Virus record (IMG/VR): IMGVR_UViG_3300032332_002270
Location: 1-28,540 of that record
DNA: 28,540 nucleotides
Strand: one strand, 5' to 3'
From: a virus
Taxonomy: Duplodnaviria; Caudoviricetes
The notes beneath the pieces were generated by a model, which made no database searches, was not told the origin of the DNA, and saw only the letters and a program-made list of their open reading frames with translations. Below are positions 7,985 to 17,280 of this stretch, in pieces. Positions within the stretch are counted from its first letter, which is position 1. Each line of letters starts with the position of its first letter. The position numbers and the translations under genes were made by a program.

Positions 7985-8884
7985 ATGAATTTTGACTTGC
8001 TTAGTGTCACACTTGAAGGTCCTGACTGTGCAGGTAAGACGACCCTTTACAATCTGATTCACAAGGGCTCGGGCTTCCGCTGGAACATCCAGGATAGGGG
8101 CACACTCTCAATGTTGTGCTATGCTCTATTCTACGGAAGAACGGCTGCAGTGTCACGATGGCGTCGTATCCTCGACACAGAGCTTCACGACCTTAATCGA
8201 GTCATTGTCACCATTTTACCCTCTCTTGATGTTATCTTAGAACGTCTTCGTTCACGCGGTGACGAGTATCAAGATGAACGTAGCATCGTGACTCTCTACA
8301 AACTATTCTCCCAAGAGATTGATGCAATACGTGATTATCCTAATGTTCTTGTCTGTGATGAGACAACTCAACCTGATGATATCGTTTCGTGGCTTCGTCG
8401 GCGCGAGAGTAAATCATATTCCGAGATTGCAGGCTCAGTTCGTGACCTCGCGTCTGCCAGCAAGACACATGAGATTGTGCAGCTGAGGGCGCAGTGGACA
8501 GACACAGATTTTACTTCCTTGGAGCGAGCTGCTCTTCTTTATCCAAAGGAAGTCGAATATTACGACACCACGCGACAGAAGTTTCTTCAAAAGATTGAAG
8601 ATGAGCTTGCAGGCAGAAATGAGTATTCACGAATCGAGACAGCAGCGTCTCGTCGTTTTGTCATGACTCAAGACACCTGCATTTCCTATTTTCACGCGTT
8701 GGTTCGAGATGGTCGTATTATTTGCACAGTCGTCCTGCGCTCCTCAGAGGTGCGGCACACATTTCCAAATGACATCAACTTCATCGCCCAGTTAGGAATA
8801 TTATTTCGTGACAAAGTGGGATGTAACAGTGACACACCCGTGGAGTATGATTTGACGTTGGATTCAGCACACATCATAGTGTAG
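7985..8884 (+). CDS. dNMP (thymidylate-like) kinase fused to a compact thymidylate synthase/dCMP hydroxymethylase-fold domain
   Basis: ATG 7985 follows the dnaE stop. P-loop LEGPDCAGKTT, DR motif, RLRSRGDE. C-terminal DTCISYFH...LRSSEVRHTFPND...DSAHI. Confidence 0.75.
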   Translation: MNFDLLSVTLEGPDCAGKTTLYNLIHKGSGFRWNIQDRGTLSMLCYALFYGRTAAVSRWRRILDTELHDLNRVIVTILPSLDVILERLRSRGDEYQDERSIVTLYKLFSQEIDAIRDYPNVLVCDETTQPDDIVSWLRRRESKSYSEIAGSVRDLASASKTHEIVQLRAQWTDTDFTSLERAALLYPKEVEYYDTTRQKFLQKIEDELAGRNEYSRIETAASRRFVMTQDTCISYFHALVRDGRIICTVVLRSSEVRHTFPNDINFIAQLGILFRDKVGCNSDTPVEYDLTLDSAHIIV

Positions 8885-8892
8885 GAGTGTAG

Positions 8893-9888
8893 ATGGCAAA
8901 GGTTCTTGTGACAGGCGGCGCTGGCTTTATCGGCTCGCATCTTGTTCGACGGTTACACGCAGAGGGTCATACCGTCGATGTCGTTGACAATATGACCAAT
9001 GGTTATTACGAAAATCTTGAGGAGCTAAAGCCTCGCTGCTTGCTGCCAGGATTCGTTGACATTCTTGACAAGCAAGTTGCTGATCGTCCTACGGGCAAGC
9101 TATATCTCTTTGAGGATGATTTCGCCTCGCCAGAGACATTGAAGAGAATTGCGACATACGGTTATGATGTTGTCTTTCATCTCGCCGCTCAACCTCGTGT
9201 CTCATACTCAGTTGAGAATCCTGTTGAGACGACTGATGAGAATCTCTTAAAGTCAGTTCGTCTTTTAGAGGCGTGTAGATCTAATGTCAAACGGGTTGTT
9301 GTATCATCAACGTGTGCGGTTTACGGCGACACTGAAATCTTTCCGACGCCCGAGACAGCGCCACGTGCTCCGATCTCTCCATACGCTTTACAGAAGGCGT
9401 GTTTAGAAGATTTCGGGCAGATGTTTAGCAATCTTTATGACCTTGATGTAGTTTCGCTTCGTTATTTTAACGTATTTGGCCCACATCAAATGGGTTCTTC
9501 ACCCTACTCCACAGTTATTAGCGCTTGGTGTAATGCCATCGCCGACAAACGTTCGCTGAGGTTTGATGGAGATGGAACGCAGACACGCGACATGGTTTAT
9601 GTCGATAACGTCGTCGAAGCGAATATCCTCGCAGGATTTTCTGACAGAAAGTTCAGGGGTGAGTGCTATAACATTTGCACAGGTGTGAGCACGTCAAACA
9701 ATGAGATTCTTGAATATCTCCAGGCCAAGTTTGACGATATCGACATCAAATATGCACCTAAACGCCCAGGCGATGTCATGAAAGCACTGGGAGATTACAC
9801 GCGAGCACAGCGAGATTTTGGCTATTCACCTGTTGTTTCATTTACCGAGGGGCTTGAGAGGACATTGATGTGGTGGGAGCTGGTGTGA
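8893..9888 (+). CDS. NAD-dependent epimerase/dehydratase (GalE/WbpP-like)
   Basis: VLVTGGAGFIGSHL, HLAA, SPYALQK, LRYFNVFGP, GDGTQTRD, RPGDV. Confidence 0.93.
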   Translation: MAKVLVTGGAGFIGSHLVRRLHAEGHTVDVVDNMTNGYYENLEELKPRCLLPGFVDILDKQVADRPTGKLYLFEDDFASPETLKRIATYGYDVVFHLAAQPRVSYSVENPVETTDENLLKSVRLLEACRSNVKRVVVSSTCAVYGDTEIFPTPETAPRAPISPYALQKACLEDFGQMFSNLYDLDVVSLRYFNVFGPHQMGSSPYSTVISAWCNAIADKRSLRFDGDGTQTRDMVYVDNVVEANILAGFSDRKFRGECYNICTGVSTSNNEILEYLQAKFDDIDIKYAPKRPGDVMKALGDYTRAQRDFGYSPVVSFTEGLERTLMWWELV

Positions 9889-10472
9889 TGAATCCCGGAT
9901 TTTATATCTTTACAGGCCCTATGATGGGCTCTAAGACAACACGACTGATTGCACTTGTTGATCGCTTTAAACACAAGGGTTTGCAAGTTCTCGCTTTTAA
10001 ACCCAAGTTGGATAACAGGTACGCCGAGGGCGAGATCTGCACACACAACGGCGGAAAGATTCCTGCATTCAACGTCAATGACGGCGACGAGCTGCTAAAC
10101 ATCGTCCTATCTCAGAATCGACGGCCTGATGTCATAGCAGTCGATGAAGCATTTATGATTGAAAAATCCAGCGACGCGCTTATTATGTTATATAAGGCAG
10201 GATTTACCGTAGTTGTTTCTTCGATAGAGATGTCGGCATCATGCAATGTCTTTCCTGAGATCAAGGAGATGATGCCCTGGGCGACACATGTTGAGAAGTG
10301 TTCAGCTGTGTGCACGACGTGCGGTGCTGATGCTTACTTTACAGCGAGAAAGTACGAGAATATGGAAGAAATTGCTGTCGGAGGTTCTGATCTTTATGAA
10401 CCTAAGTGCTTTAAGCATCATCCTGTGATGACTTCAAGTGACTCTGACACGGGTTCGTTCGAGTATACATAG
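9888..10472 (+). CDS. tdk: Thymidine kinase
   Basis: TGATG coupling. FTGPMMGSKT, FKPKLDNRY, VDEA, Zn site CTTCG...IAVGGSDLYEPKC. Confidence 0.9.
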   Translation: MNPGFYIFTGPMMGSKTTRLIALVDRFKHKGLQVLAFKPKLDNRYAEGEICTHNGGKIPAFNVNDGDELLNIVLSQNRRPDVIAVDEAFMIEKSSDALIMLYKAGFTVVVSSIEMSASCNVFPEIKEMMPWATHVEKCSAVCTTCGADAYFTARKYENMEEIAVGGSDLYEPKCFKHHPVMTSSDSDTGSFEYT

Positions 10473-10489
10473 ACGCAAAGGAGAGAGAA

Positions 10490-11410
10490 GTGAGCAAATC
10501 AGTGTTGTGCTTGCTGCTATCACTTGCAGCAGGTTGCGTTCAAGAGAGAGTAGGCCTTAGACATGTCTCACAAATTGAGACACGAACTAAAGGCATCAGC
10601 TTCGTAGATGATGGTAAGACAGTCGATATCGGGATGGCAGGTAATACGTGTCGTTTTGATGTTGATTCGGGTGTCATCACGCTAGACGCTGATATTGCGC
10701 AGGGTGAAGATGACGCCGTTGTGGATTCTTGGAACGGTAACACGGTCGTGATTAGTCGCGCAGGCGGATTCATTATGACCGACGATTACATGAATTCAAA
10801 TCTTATTCACATCTTTCCAGGGCGCAATATCGCGGATGCTCGCTTCACTGAAGAGGGCATCACTGCGTTAATCAGCGATAATAACAGCTGCCAGTTTGGC
10901 CGTTTCACAACCACATCAGAGACGACAGTTCAGATTGATGACATCTGTCCCACTGATTCAAATCAGTTTGATGTGAATCGTGAGACGGGCTTTTCCTTTG
11001 TCGCCACGGATGAGGCCATCATGACTTATGGGCCGCTTGGGTTCGAGTATTATGCCCCACGCGCCGATAAGATTAAGTGGGATGATGCAATGCAGATGCT
11101 CTACGCGACCTCGTCAGGGCGTGATGTGACAGCTTACGACTCTTCTGGAACTGCACGATGGGTCACTGAGCTAAATGGTCGAATCACAGCATTTGATGAT
11201 ATGGGCGCTGCCGAGTCAATGATTGCGATGGTCGAACTAGCTGATGGCAGCGGTGAGCTTGTCATCATTGACTCGCAGACTGGGCAGGTCAGAAAGACAT
11301 TTCCGACCCCGTCGGCAGCAAAACAGATTATCGCTTCTCGTGACGGGGAGACGCTAGCCGTCGTTCTCGATAATGAGACACACTTCTTCACAATTAACAC
11401 CGTTTATTAA
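10490..11410 (+). CDS. Putative lipoprotein with beta-propeller-like repeats
   Basis: AAGGAG RBS, GTG start, MSKSVLCLLLSLAAG-C lipobox, beta-rich repeats (AYDSSGTARW, IIDSQTGQV, ASRDGETLAV). Confidence 0.65.
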   Translation: MSKSVLCLLLSLAAGCVQERVGLRHVSQIETRTKGISFVDDGKTVDIGMAGNTCRFDVDSGVITLDADIAQGEDDAVVDSWNGNTVVISRAGGFIMTDDYMNSNLIHIFPGRNIADARFTEEGITALISDNNSCQFGRFTTTSETTVQIDDICPTDSNQFDVNRETGFSFVATDEAIMTYGPLGFEYYAPRADKIKWDDAMQMLYATSSGRDVTAYDSSGTARWVTELNGRITAFDDMGAAESMIAMVELADGSGELVIIDSQTGQVRKTFPTPSAAKQIIASRDGETLAVVLDNETHFFTINTVY

Positions 11411-11411
11411 A

Positions 11412-12251
11412 ATGCTACTTTCGCCAAATGACGTCGATTTCGTCATTTATCACGCGAACTGTTCTGACGGGTTTGGCGCAAGATTTGCAGCTGAATTTCT
11501 TCTTGGTGCTCGGGCAACTTACTTCGCAGCGAAGCATGGTGAACCGCCTCCGAACGTCAGTGGAAAAAATGTCGTTATAGTTGACTTCTCATATGATAAT
11601 GCAACAACAAAGCGTATGATAGAAGAAGCCAGCACTCTCATAATTCTCGATCATCATAGAACAGCACTCGTTGAACTTAGTGATATTCCAAATGTAAGAT
11701 TCGACATGGACAAGAGCGGAGCAGTTCTTTCTTGGGAATTTTTTCATCCTGGTCAACAGCCTCCACGATTCCTGGAATACATTCAGGATCGAGATCTTTG
11801 GAAATGGAAGCTTCCTTACTCGAAAGAATTCGCTGCTGCATTTGACATGGTAGATTTTTCATATGAAGAATATGAAAAATTCTTGACAGATTCCGAAGTG
11901 GACAATGCGCAAGAGCGTGGTGCATACATTCTCGCTTATTCCAAGACAGTAATCTCTAAGATAGCTAAACACGCCTCACATCGAAAGATGGGTGGAAAAG
12001 ATGTTCTTGTTGTTAATTCACCCCACTGGATGTCGGAGATTGGAGCGGCTCTCTCACCGCGCTGTGATTTTGCTATCATCTGGTTCTATGACCACGAGAC
12101 ACATCAAGTAAAGGTGAGCTTGCGTTCTCATCACGATGACATAGACGTCAGCGAGATTGCCAAAAACTTCAAGGGCGGCGGTCACAGAAAGGCAGCAGGT
12201 TTCATACTACCTCCTAACGCAAGTATCGAGACAATCTTCGATAAGGAATAG
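11412..12251 (+). CDS. DHH/DHHA1 family phosphoesterase
   Basis: IYHANCSDG, VDFS, LDHH, DRDLW, VSLRS, GGGHRKAAGF. ATG 11412 follows the upstream stop. Confidence 0.92.
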   Translation: MLLSPNDVDFVIYHANCSDGFGARFAAEFLLGARATYFAAKHGEPPPNVSGKNVVIVDFSYDNATTKRMIEEASTLIILDHHRTALVELSDIPNVRFDMDKSGAVLSWEFFHPGQQPPRFLEYIQDRDLWKWKLPYSKEFAAAFDMVDFSYEEYEKFLTDSEVDNAQERGAYILAYSKTVISKIAKHASHRKMGGKDVLVVNSPHWMSEIGAALSPRCDFAIIWFYDHETHQVKVSLRSHHDDIDVSEIAKNFKGGGHRKAAGFILPPNASIETIFDKE

Positions 12252-12261
12252 GGAGACAATC

Positions 12262-12726
12262 GTGTATTACGACACGTTGATGCAGCAGAAATCACACACC
12301 ACACGACCCGCGTGGGATACAATCTGGATGGACGTTGCCAAGACAATTTCAGAGCGCTCACCTGACCCCAATTACAAGGTAGCAGCGATTGTTGTCTCTT
12401 CAGACAACACTCAGGTTCTTGCTCTGGGTTACAACGGCGACCACGCAGGCGGTTCAAATCAGAGAGATTCTGATGAGCCAGGTGAGTCAGGATTCATCCA
12501 TGCTGAGGTTAATGCACTGATAAAGCTTGATTATAACAATCCAAAACGCAAGATAATGTACGTCAGCATGAGCCCTTGCAAGATGTGTGCCAAAGCCATC
12601 GTCAACGCAGGAATAGCAGAGGTTGTTTATCAGGATGATTATCGTGATCTGACAGGCATTACTTTGTTAAGAAATGCAGGCATCCGGGTCAGGAAGATAA
12701 ATACTACTGCGATGGAAAATCAATGA
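12262..12726 (+). CDS. dCMP deaminase (ComEB-like)
   Basis: GGGAG RBS with GTG 12262 (or ATG 12280). RPAWD, GYNG, HAEVNA, SPCKMC. Confidence 0.92.
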   Translation: MYYDTLMQQKSHTTRPAWDTIWMDVAKTISERSPDPNYKVAAIVVSSDNTQVLALGYNGDHAGGSNQRDSDEPGESGFIHAEVNALIKLDYNNPKRKIMYVSMSPCKMCAKAIVNAGIAEVVYQDDYRDLTGITLLRNAGIRVRKINTTAMENQ

Positions 12727-12983
12727 AGACACTTACTGCTAATGATATCCAAAAAATGGTTTCTTCCATTCAGGAAGATCTTAAAGTCACTGTAGGAAAA
12801 GGCAAGAAGCAAAAGATCTTAATCTCTCAGGGATTTAAGATTATGCATCTTAAATCTGGTCTCACATATACAGTCGATAGCGTGAAGATCGAAGCGGGAA
12901 AACCAGTCATTGTCGCCCATAGTGGCGACGGTGAGCCGATTGAGATTCACTCAAAAGATTTTAAGCAGTACAAGGGCCTCTAA
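12723..12983 (+). CDS. Hypothetical protein
   Basis: 86 aa ORF with ATGA overlap, preceded by GATAAATAC motif. Confidence 0.7.
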   Translation: MKTLTANDIQKMVSSIQEDLKVTVGKGKKQKILISQGFKIMHLKSGLTYTVDSVKIEAGKPVIVAHSGDGEPIEIHSKDFKQYKGL

Positions 12984-12984
12984 A

Positions 12985-13680
12985 ATGATAAAAAATTCCG
13001 ACATCAAGAAAATTATCGAAGAGTCGTTAGGCACGAAGCAGTCTTCTCTGACTGAATCCCTTGTTGCCCAGCAAAAAACCTTTAAGCTTGCCACAGAGTT
13101 CCAGAGTGGCGCCACAAAGAAGGCCCATGATGAGCTTTATCAGGGATACCTTGAGGCTTTTAACAGGATAAGCGCCGAGCTTGACACAGCTGATAGAGAG
13201 AACGTCAAATCGACGGGCTCCACATACAGATCGCTCAAGCAGGATGAGACATACAATATGAATGGTGTCTATCTGCACGAGCTCTATTTTGCCAATATCA
13301 GTGACCTTGCAAGCAACGTCTCGATGGACACGCTTGCTTTTATGCGTCTCTCTCGCGATTTTGGCGATTTTGACAAGTGGCAGACAGATTTTATTGCTTG
13401 TTGTCTTGCATCACGATGTGGTTGGGCAATCACTTATTACAACATCTTCACGCAGACATACATAAATACATTCATTGATCTGCACTCCTCCAGTGTACCT
13501 GTGGGCTGCATTCCCGTCATTGTGATGGATGTCTGGCAGCACGCTTACTACCGCGATTACCTCTCAGATGTCAAGACATTCACATATGCGATGATGAAAG
13601 AGCTCAACTGGAGCGTCATAGAAGAGCGCGTTAAAAGAGCAGAGAAGGTCGCACAGGTTCTCAAGGGAGCAATGCAATGA
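12985..13680 (+). CDS. Fe/Mn superoxide dismutase family protein with N-terminal extension
   Basis: AHDELYQGY, NGVYLHELYF, RDFG, GW, PVIVMDVWQHAYY. ATG 12985 lies just after the upstream stop. Confidence 0.88.
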   Translation: MIKNSDIKKIIEESLGTKQSSLTESLVAQQKTFKLATEFQSGATKKAHDELYQGYLEAFNRISAELDTADRENVKSTGSTYRSLKQDETYNMNGVYLHELYFANISDLASNVSMDTLAFMRLSRDFGDFDKWQTDFIACCLASRCGWAITYYNIFTQTYINTFIDLHSSSVPVGCIPVIVMDVWQHAYYRDYLSDVKTFTYAMMKELNWSVIEERVKRAEKVAQVLKGAMQ

Positions 13681-14243
13681 GACGGATGATTTTTGAAGCA
13701 GAGAATGACTCACCCGTCTCGGGAATGTATCAGAGCGTCGAGGCGCCTCCTGATTCCGTTGACGACCAGATTGACGCGCTCATCATCCGGTATGAGAAAG
13801 ATTCTATCGAAGCTGCAAAAGAAGAGACAGAAGAAGAGAAGATGTTTGAATCTCTTCGCAGACGTAGCCTGCGCTTTCTCTTCGAAGCTGAGGGTGATGA
13901 CCCAGCAGCCGACCCTGGGGCCGCACCTGCTGAACCGCCTGTGGGTAGTGAGACGCCGAAAGAAAATCCAGAGCCTCCTGAGGAGAAGAAGCCTCCTCTT
14001 GATATTGATGCTTTTACAAACAAGGTCGCGCGGCTTGTGATGAACGCTGATACACTTCTCGATGTCGAAGAGATCGTCATCTCAAGAGCGTCTGCATTTC
14101 TGAGGAAAAATTACGGAAAGAAATACGTTGAGCAAATGCAGGATATCCTTGATAATCAGTTCGACTTCGACCTGACAGGCGACGAGGACATCATCGATGT
14201 TCCAATCGCAGCAGGGGCGGCTACAAAGTCAGCTGGCGGTTAA
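13677..14243 (+). CDS. Acidic/Pro-rich hypothetical protein, probable virion or scaffold-like
   Basis: ATGA overlap, repeated IFEAE/LFEAE, Pro-Ala linker. Confidence 0.7.
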   Translation: MRRMIFEAENDSPVSGMYQSVEAPPDSVDDQIDALIIRYEKDSIEAAKEETEEEKMFESLRRRSLRFLFEAEGDDPAADPGAAPAEPPVGSETPKENPEPPEEKKPPLDIDAFTNKVARLVMNADTLLDVEEIVISRASAFLRKNYGKKYVEQMQDILDNQFDFDLTGDEDIIDVPIAAGAATKSAGG

Positions 14244-14248
14244 GATGA

Positions 14249-14554
14249 ATGAAGAGGACAGCTAAAGAAAGAAAGCTCATTGACCTCGTCACAAAGAAGA
14301 CGGTCCACGTCAATCTATCAACAGAATCGCACGCAGGCATAAAGATTGCCTGCTTCAAGCATCAGATTAGCATGCAAGAAGCGATTGAAGAGTTTGCGCA
14401 CCTCATCGCGATAGGCCATCCTGATATGATTTCTGTTCTTGAATCTGTCGCTCGTAAAAAACTTAGCGACCAGATTAAGAAATTGGATAACTTTGACGAG
14501 AAGACAATCTATGATATCCTGGAGATGGAAAATCCGCTCAAGGATGGCACATGA
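14249..14554 (+). CDS. Putative ribbon-helix-helix DNA-binding protein
   Basis: KTVHVNLSTESHAGIKIACFKHQISMQEAIEEF fits the RHH strand-helix-helix pattern. Confidence 0.55.
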   Translation: MKRTAKERKLIDLVTKKTVHVNLSTESHAGIKIACFKHQISMQEAIEEFAHLIAIGHPDMISVLESVARKKLSDQIKKLDNFDEKTIYDILEMENPLKDGT

Positions 14555-14829
14555 ATCGGTGGTCGGCTACGAAGGCCTTCCTGAGGAAGACGTTAGGCGT
14601 TGATAACATTATTGAGAAGCTGGATGCAGCTGATAGTCGGTGCTTAAAGGACGAGGAGAGATGGGCGATGATTGAGCACCGCCTTGTAGAGAACACTCGG
14701 GCCCTCGCGACACTTGCCCTTGTTCAGGCAAATCTGATCAAGGAGCTTGATGCCCTGTTAGAAAAGAGCGGCTCCTCGTCAAAAATGAAAGGTGTTAGCA
14801 GAAAGATTGACCCCGACTTCACAAATTGA
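14551..14829 (+). CDS. Hypothetical coiled-coil protein
   Basis: ATGA overlap, 92 aa. Confidence 0.65.
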   Translation: MNRWSATKAFLRKTLGVDNIIEKLDAADSRCLKDEERWAMIEHRLVENTRALATLALVQANLIKELDALLEKSGSSSKMKGVSRKIDPDFTN

Positions 14830-14864
14830 TGTAGAGCAGATATTTAAGCGCAAAGGGTGTAAAA

Positions 14865-16892
14865 ATGCAAGTTGTCGTCAAGAAGAGCGTGCTTGAGCAG
14901 ATGCTCAATCAGCTTGTCGAGGAGAGGAGCTTTCATTCACGTCGATACGACCAGATTGCAGGCGATGACAAGCCTGTCCTACCCGACGCGCAGGTCGCAT
15001 CCCAGCTATCTGCATCAACTGTGCCGCTGGGAGATCCCGACTTCTTACCTGTCAATAAGCAACAGCTCTCTTCTGCTGCGTCACAGATGGCACAGCAGGT
15101 CTCTCCTGATAAGATCCAGAAGTTCTACAGCGGACTCAAGAAGCTCATTCGTAAGACAGGCGAGAAGAAGCAGTACAAGGGAATGAGTGACACGGATCTG
15201 ATGGAAGAAGTCCGCCGTGCTGTTAAAAGCATCTTGGCTGAATCTGAAGACGAAGAAGAAGATCCATTCTCCGGTGACGCTAACAGAGAGATTAGCAATC
15301 TAACAGGATACAAAGAAAAAAGTCCTGGCGTCAAGAGGAACGTTGGACGTACATCAGTCGGGCCAAAAGGTGATGACTTTAATCCGCAGTCACGCGACGC
15401 CGTGAAAGATTTATTGCGCACCGCCGGCGAAGGCGGTGAAACAGCTGTTAGTGCAGCCAACACCCGTCAGCTTATGGGAATTCGGGCGGGTCAAGGTTAC
15501 GCTTTTGAAAAGACGCCCCCAGAATCGGATGACTCCCCTGCAACAAGCGTCTTTGATGTCAATAGACGACCTAGGCGCCGGCCGATTACAATAGAAGATC
15601 ATCTAATCGGTGTAGTTAATAATGTTCTTGACAGTATTAAGAAGAAATCGTTAGAAAAAGATGCAAGTGCGCCAGTTGTCTATCCCCGCAATGTAGCAGC
15701 TGGAGCAATTGAAATCGATATAAAAGAAGGCGAATACAAAAAAGAAAGAAGACTCGATAAAGAACGGGCAGATAAGCTTACAGATATAACAATTACAATC
15801 TCATCTAAAAAGCCGGATTTAATGAAACCTGCCGTTATATCGATTGTAGGTGATAAAGAAGCAGGCACACCTTTCGCCACAAGCACGGGAGCGCCATATA
15901 CTTGGGATCAATACAAAAAAGCTTTTTCAAAGCTGTACGCAGAACAAGCTTTTATCCGGAACAATTATCCATCTTCAAAAAAAGACGATCAAAAATTTGA
16001 TGATATGCCAGATGATGCCGATAACGATATCGGCACTGAGTCTGATGGTAATGCACGGCCCTCTCTAGACACACTTGATAATAAAGACAGGAATCTCGGC
16101 GGAGATTTTGCAGCAATGCTTGGATCAAGAACAGGCAAAGGGTCACCTGGCGATGTTCTTGATCCAAGAAAAGTAGTAATGAATAATTCAATAAACCAAT
16201 TAATGTATAGCACATTTATTTATTCACCTGTGAGAACAGCTGCAAGAGGCAAAGGGATTTTTAAAGGAATTAATGAACTATTCCCCGAATCCTTTTCAGA
16301 ATTTTGTAAAAAAAATCCCGATGCCATCGAAGCTGTCAATGATTTATTTGATAGTTTTATAAAATTATATCTAAAATCTTCTAATTTTGAAAATGACTTT
16401 TTTGAATTTAAAGAACTTCGTGACACCAGCCCTAATGAATTTCAACATGTTAAATCGATTACAGCGACAGAGCATCGACTCGGTATTAGAGATACAAATT
16501 CAGTTTTTAGATTTGTATTAGGATTTAATCTTGTGAGCGAAGAAGTCCGTGGAAGATGTATAGATTATGTCAAAAAGCTAATTGAAGGGGATACGCCCGA
16601 TGATGAATACTTGTCTTCTAAGCTTGAAAAGCAGCTGAGCTCTGAATTAACTACTAAGGGTCGTAACAAGAACACTCTAAAGTCAGGAACAGGATCTGTA
16701 GAAGAAGGCATAGAATACTTAACTGGCATCGATGGTTACCTCCAACGGTACTTCCAGCCTGGCACTGAAAACGATTCCCCCAACAGTGTCCTCTACATGT
16801 CACTTGCAGGATTTTTTGATGATATAAAATCTAATCCTGCTGTTACTAAAAAGATAACAAAATTTATTACAACATTATCCAGCTTAAAATAA
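14865..16892 (+). CDS. Large hypothetical protein, probable late/virion protein with AT-rich variable C-terminal part
   Basis: 675 aa ORF, upstream GATATTTAA motif, LVEE/ILAE motifs. Confidence 0.8.
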   Translation: MQVVVKKSVLEQMLNQLVEERSFHSRRYDQIAGDDKPVLPDAQVASQLSASTVPLGDPDFLPVNKQQLSSAASQMAQQVSPDKIQKFYSGLKKLIRKTGEKKQYKGMSDTDLMEEVRRAVKSILAESEDEEEDPFSGDANREISNLTGYKEKSPGVKRNVGRTSVGPKGDDFNPQSRDAVKDLLRTAGEGGETAVSAANTRQLMGIRAGQGYAFEKTPPESDDSPATSVFDVNRRPRRRPITIEDHLIGVVNNVLDSIKKKSLEKDASAPVVYPRNVAAGAIEIDIKEGEYKKERRLDKERADKLTDITITISSKKPDLMKPAVISIVGDKEAGTPFATSTGAPYTWDQYKKAFSKLYAEQAFIRNNYPSSKKDDQKFDDMPDDADNDIGTESDGNARPSLDTLDNKDRNLGGDFAAMLGSRTGKGSPGDVLDPRKVVMNNSINQLMYSTFIYSPVRTAARGKGIFKGINELFPESFSEFCKKNPDAIEAVNDLFDSFIKLYLKSSNFENDFFEFKELRDTSPNEFQHVKSITATEHRLGIRDTNSVFRFVLGFNLVSEEVRGRCIDYVKKLIEGDTPDDEYLSSKLEKQLSSELTTKGRNKNTLKSGTGSVEEGIEYLTGIDGYLQRYFQPGTENDSPNSVLYMSLAGFFDDIKSNPAVTKKITKFITTLSSLK

Positions 16893-16917
16893 ATTTTTAT
16901 ATGGCGGAGGTTAGCAC

Positions 16918-17280
16918 GTGGGTTTCTATTTTCTTAATGAATCAATGCGAAGGCCCGCGGGCTCCCTTGACTTCTTGCACGAGGACATCGAGGTGCCCAT
17001 CAGCGTCAAAAAGTCAACCTGGGAGCAGCTTGACGATCCAAAACGAATTGCTAAAATCTACAGCTTCGATGACCTGGGACAGCAGAGATATTTCATCGAC
17101 GAGTTAATGAAGGTCGTTGATATCCATCGTCACAGCGTCAAGATGACGATTGAGGGAAAGCGCATTCAGGTTGAGACACACACAGCAGAGATTGATGATG
17201 TCACTGAGATCGATCTGCAGATTGCACGTGTCGCAGACGAGATTTTTGATGACGCACAATTTATCCTGGATGTCGAATGA
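16918..17280 (+). CDS. Pterin-4a-carbinolamine dehydratase (PCD/DCoH)-like protein
   Basis: GGAGG RBS with GTG. W...RIAKIYSF...FIDEL...HRH...THT...VTEIDLQIARVADEI follows the PCD pattern. Confidence 0.75.
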   Translation: MGFYFLNESMRRPAGSLDFLHEDIEVPISVKKSTWEQLDDPKRIAKIYSFDDLGQQRYFIDELMKVVDIHRHSVKMTIEGKRIQVETHTAEIDDVTEIDLQIARVADEIFDDAQFILDVE

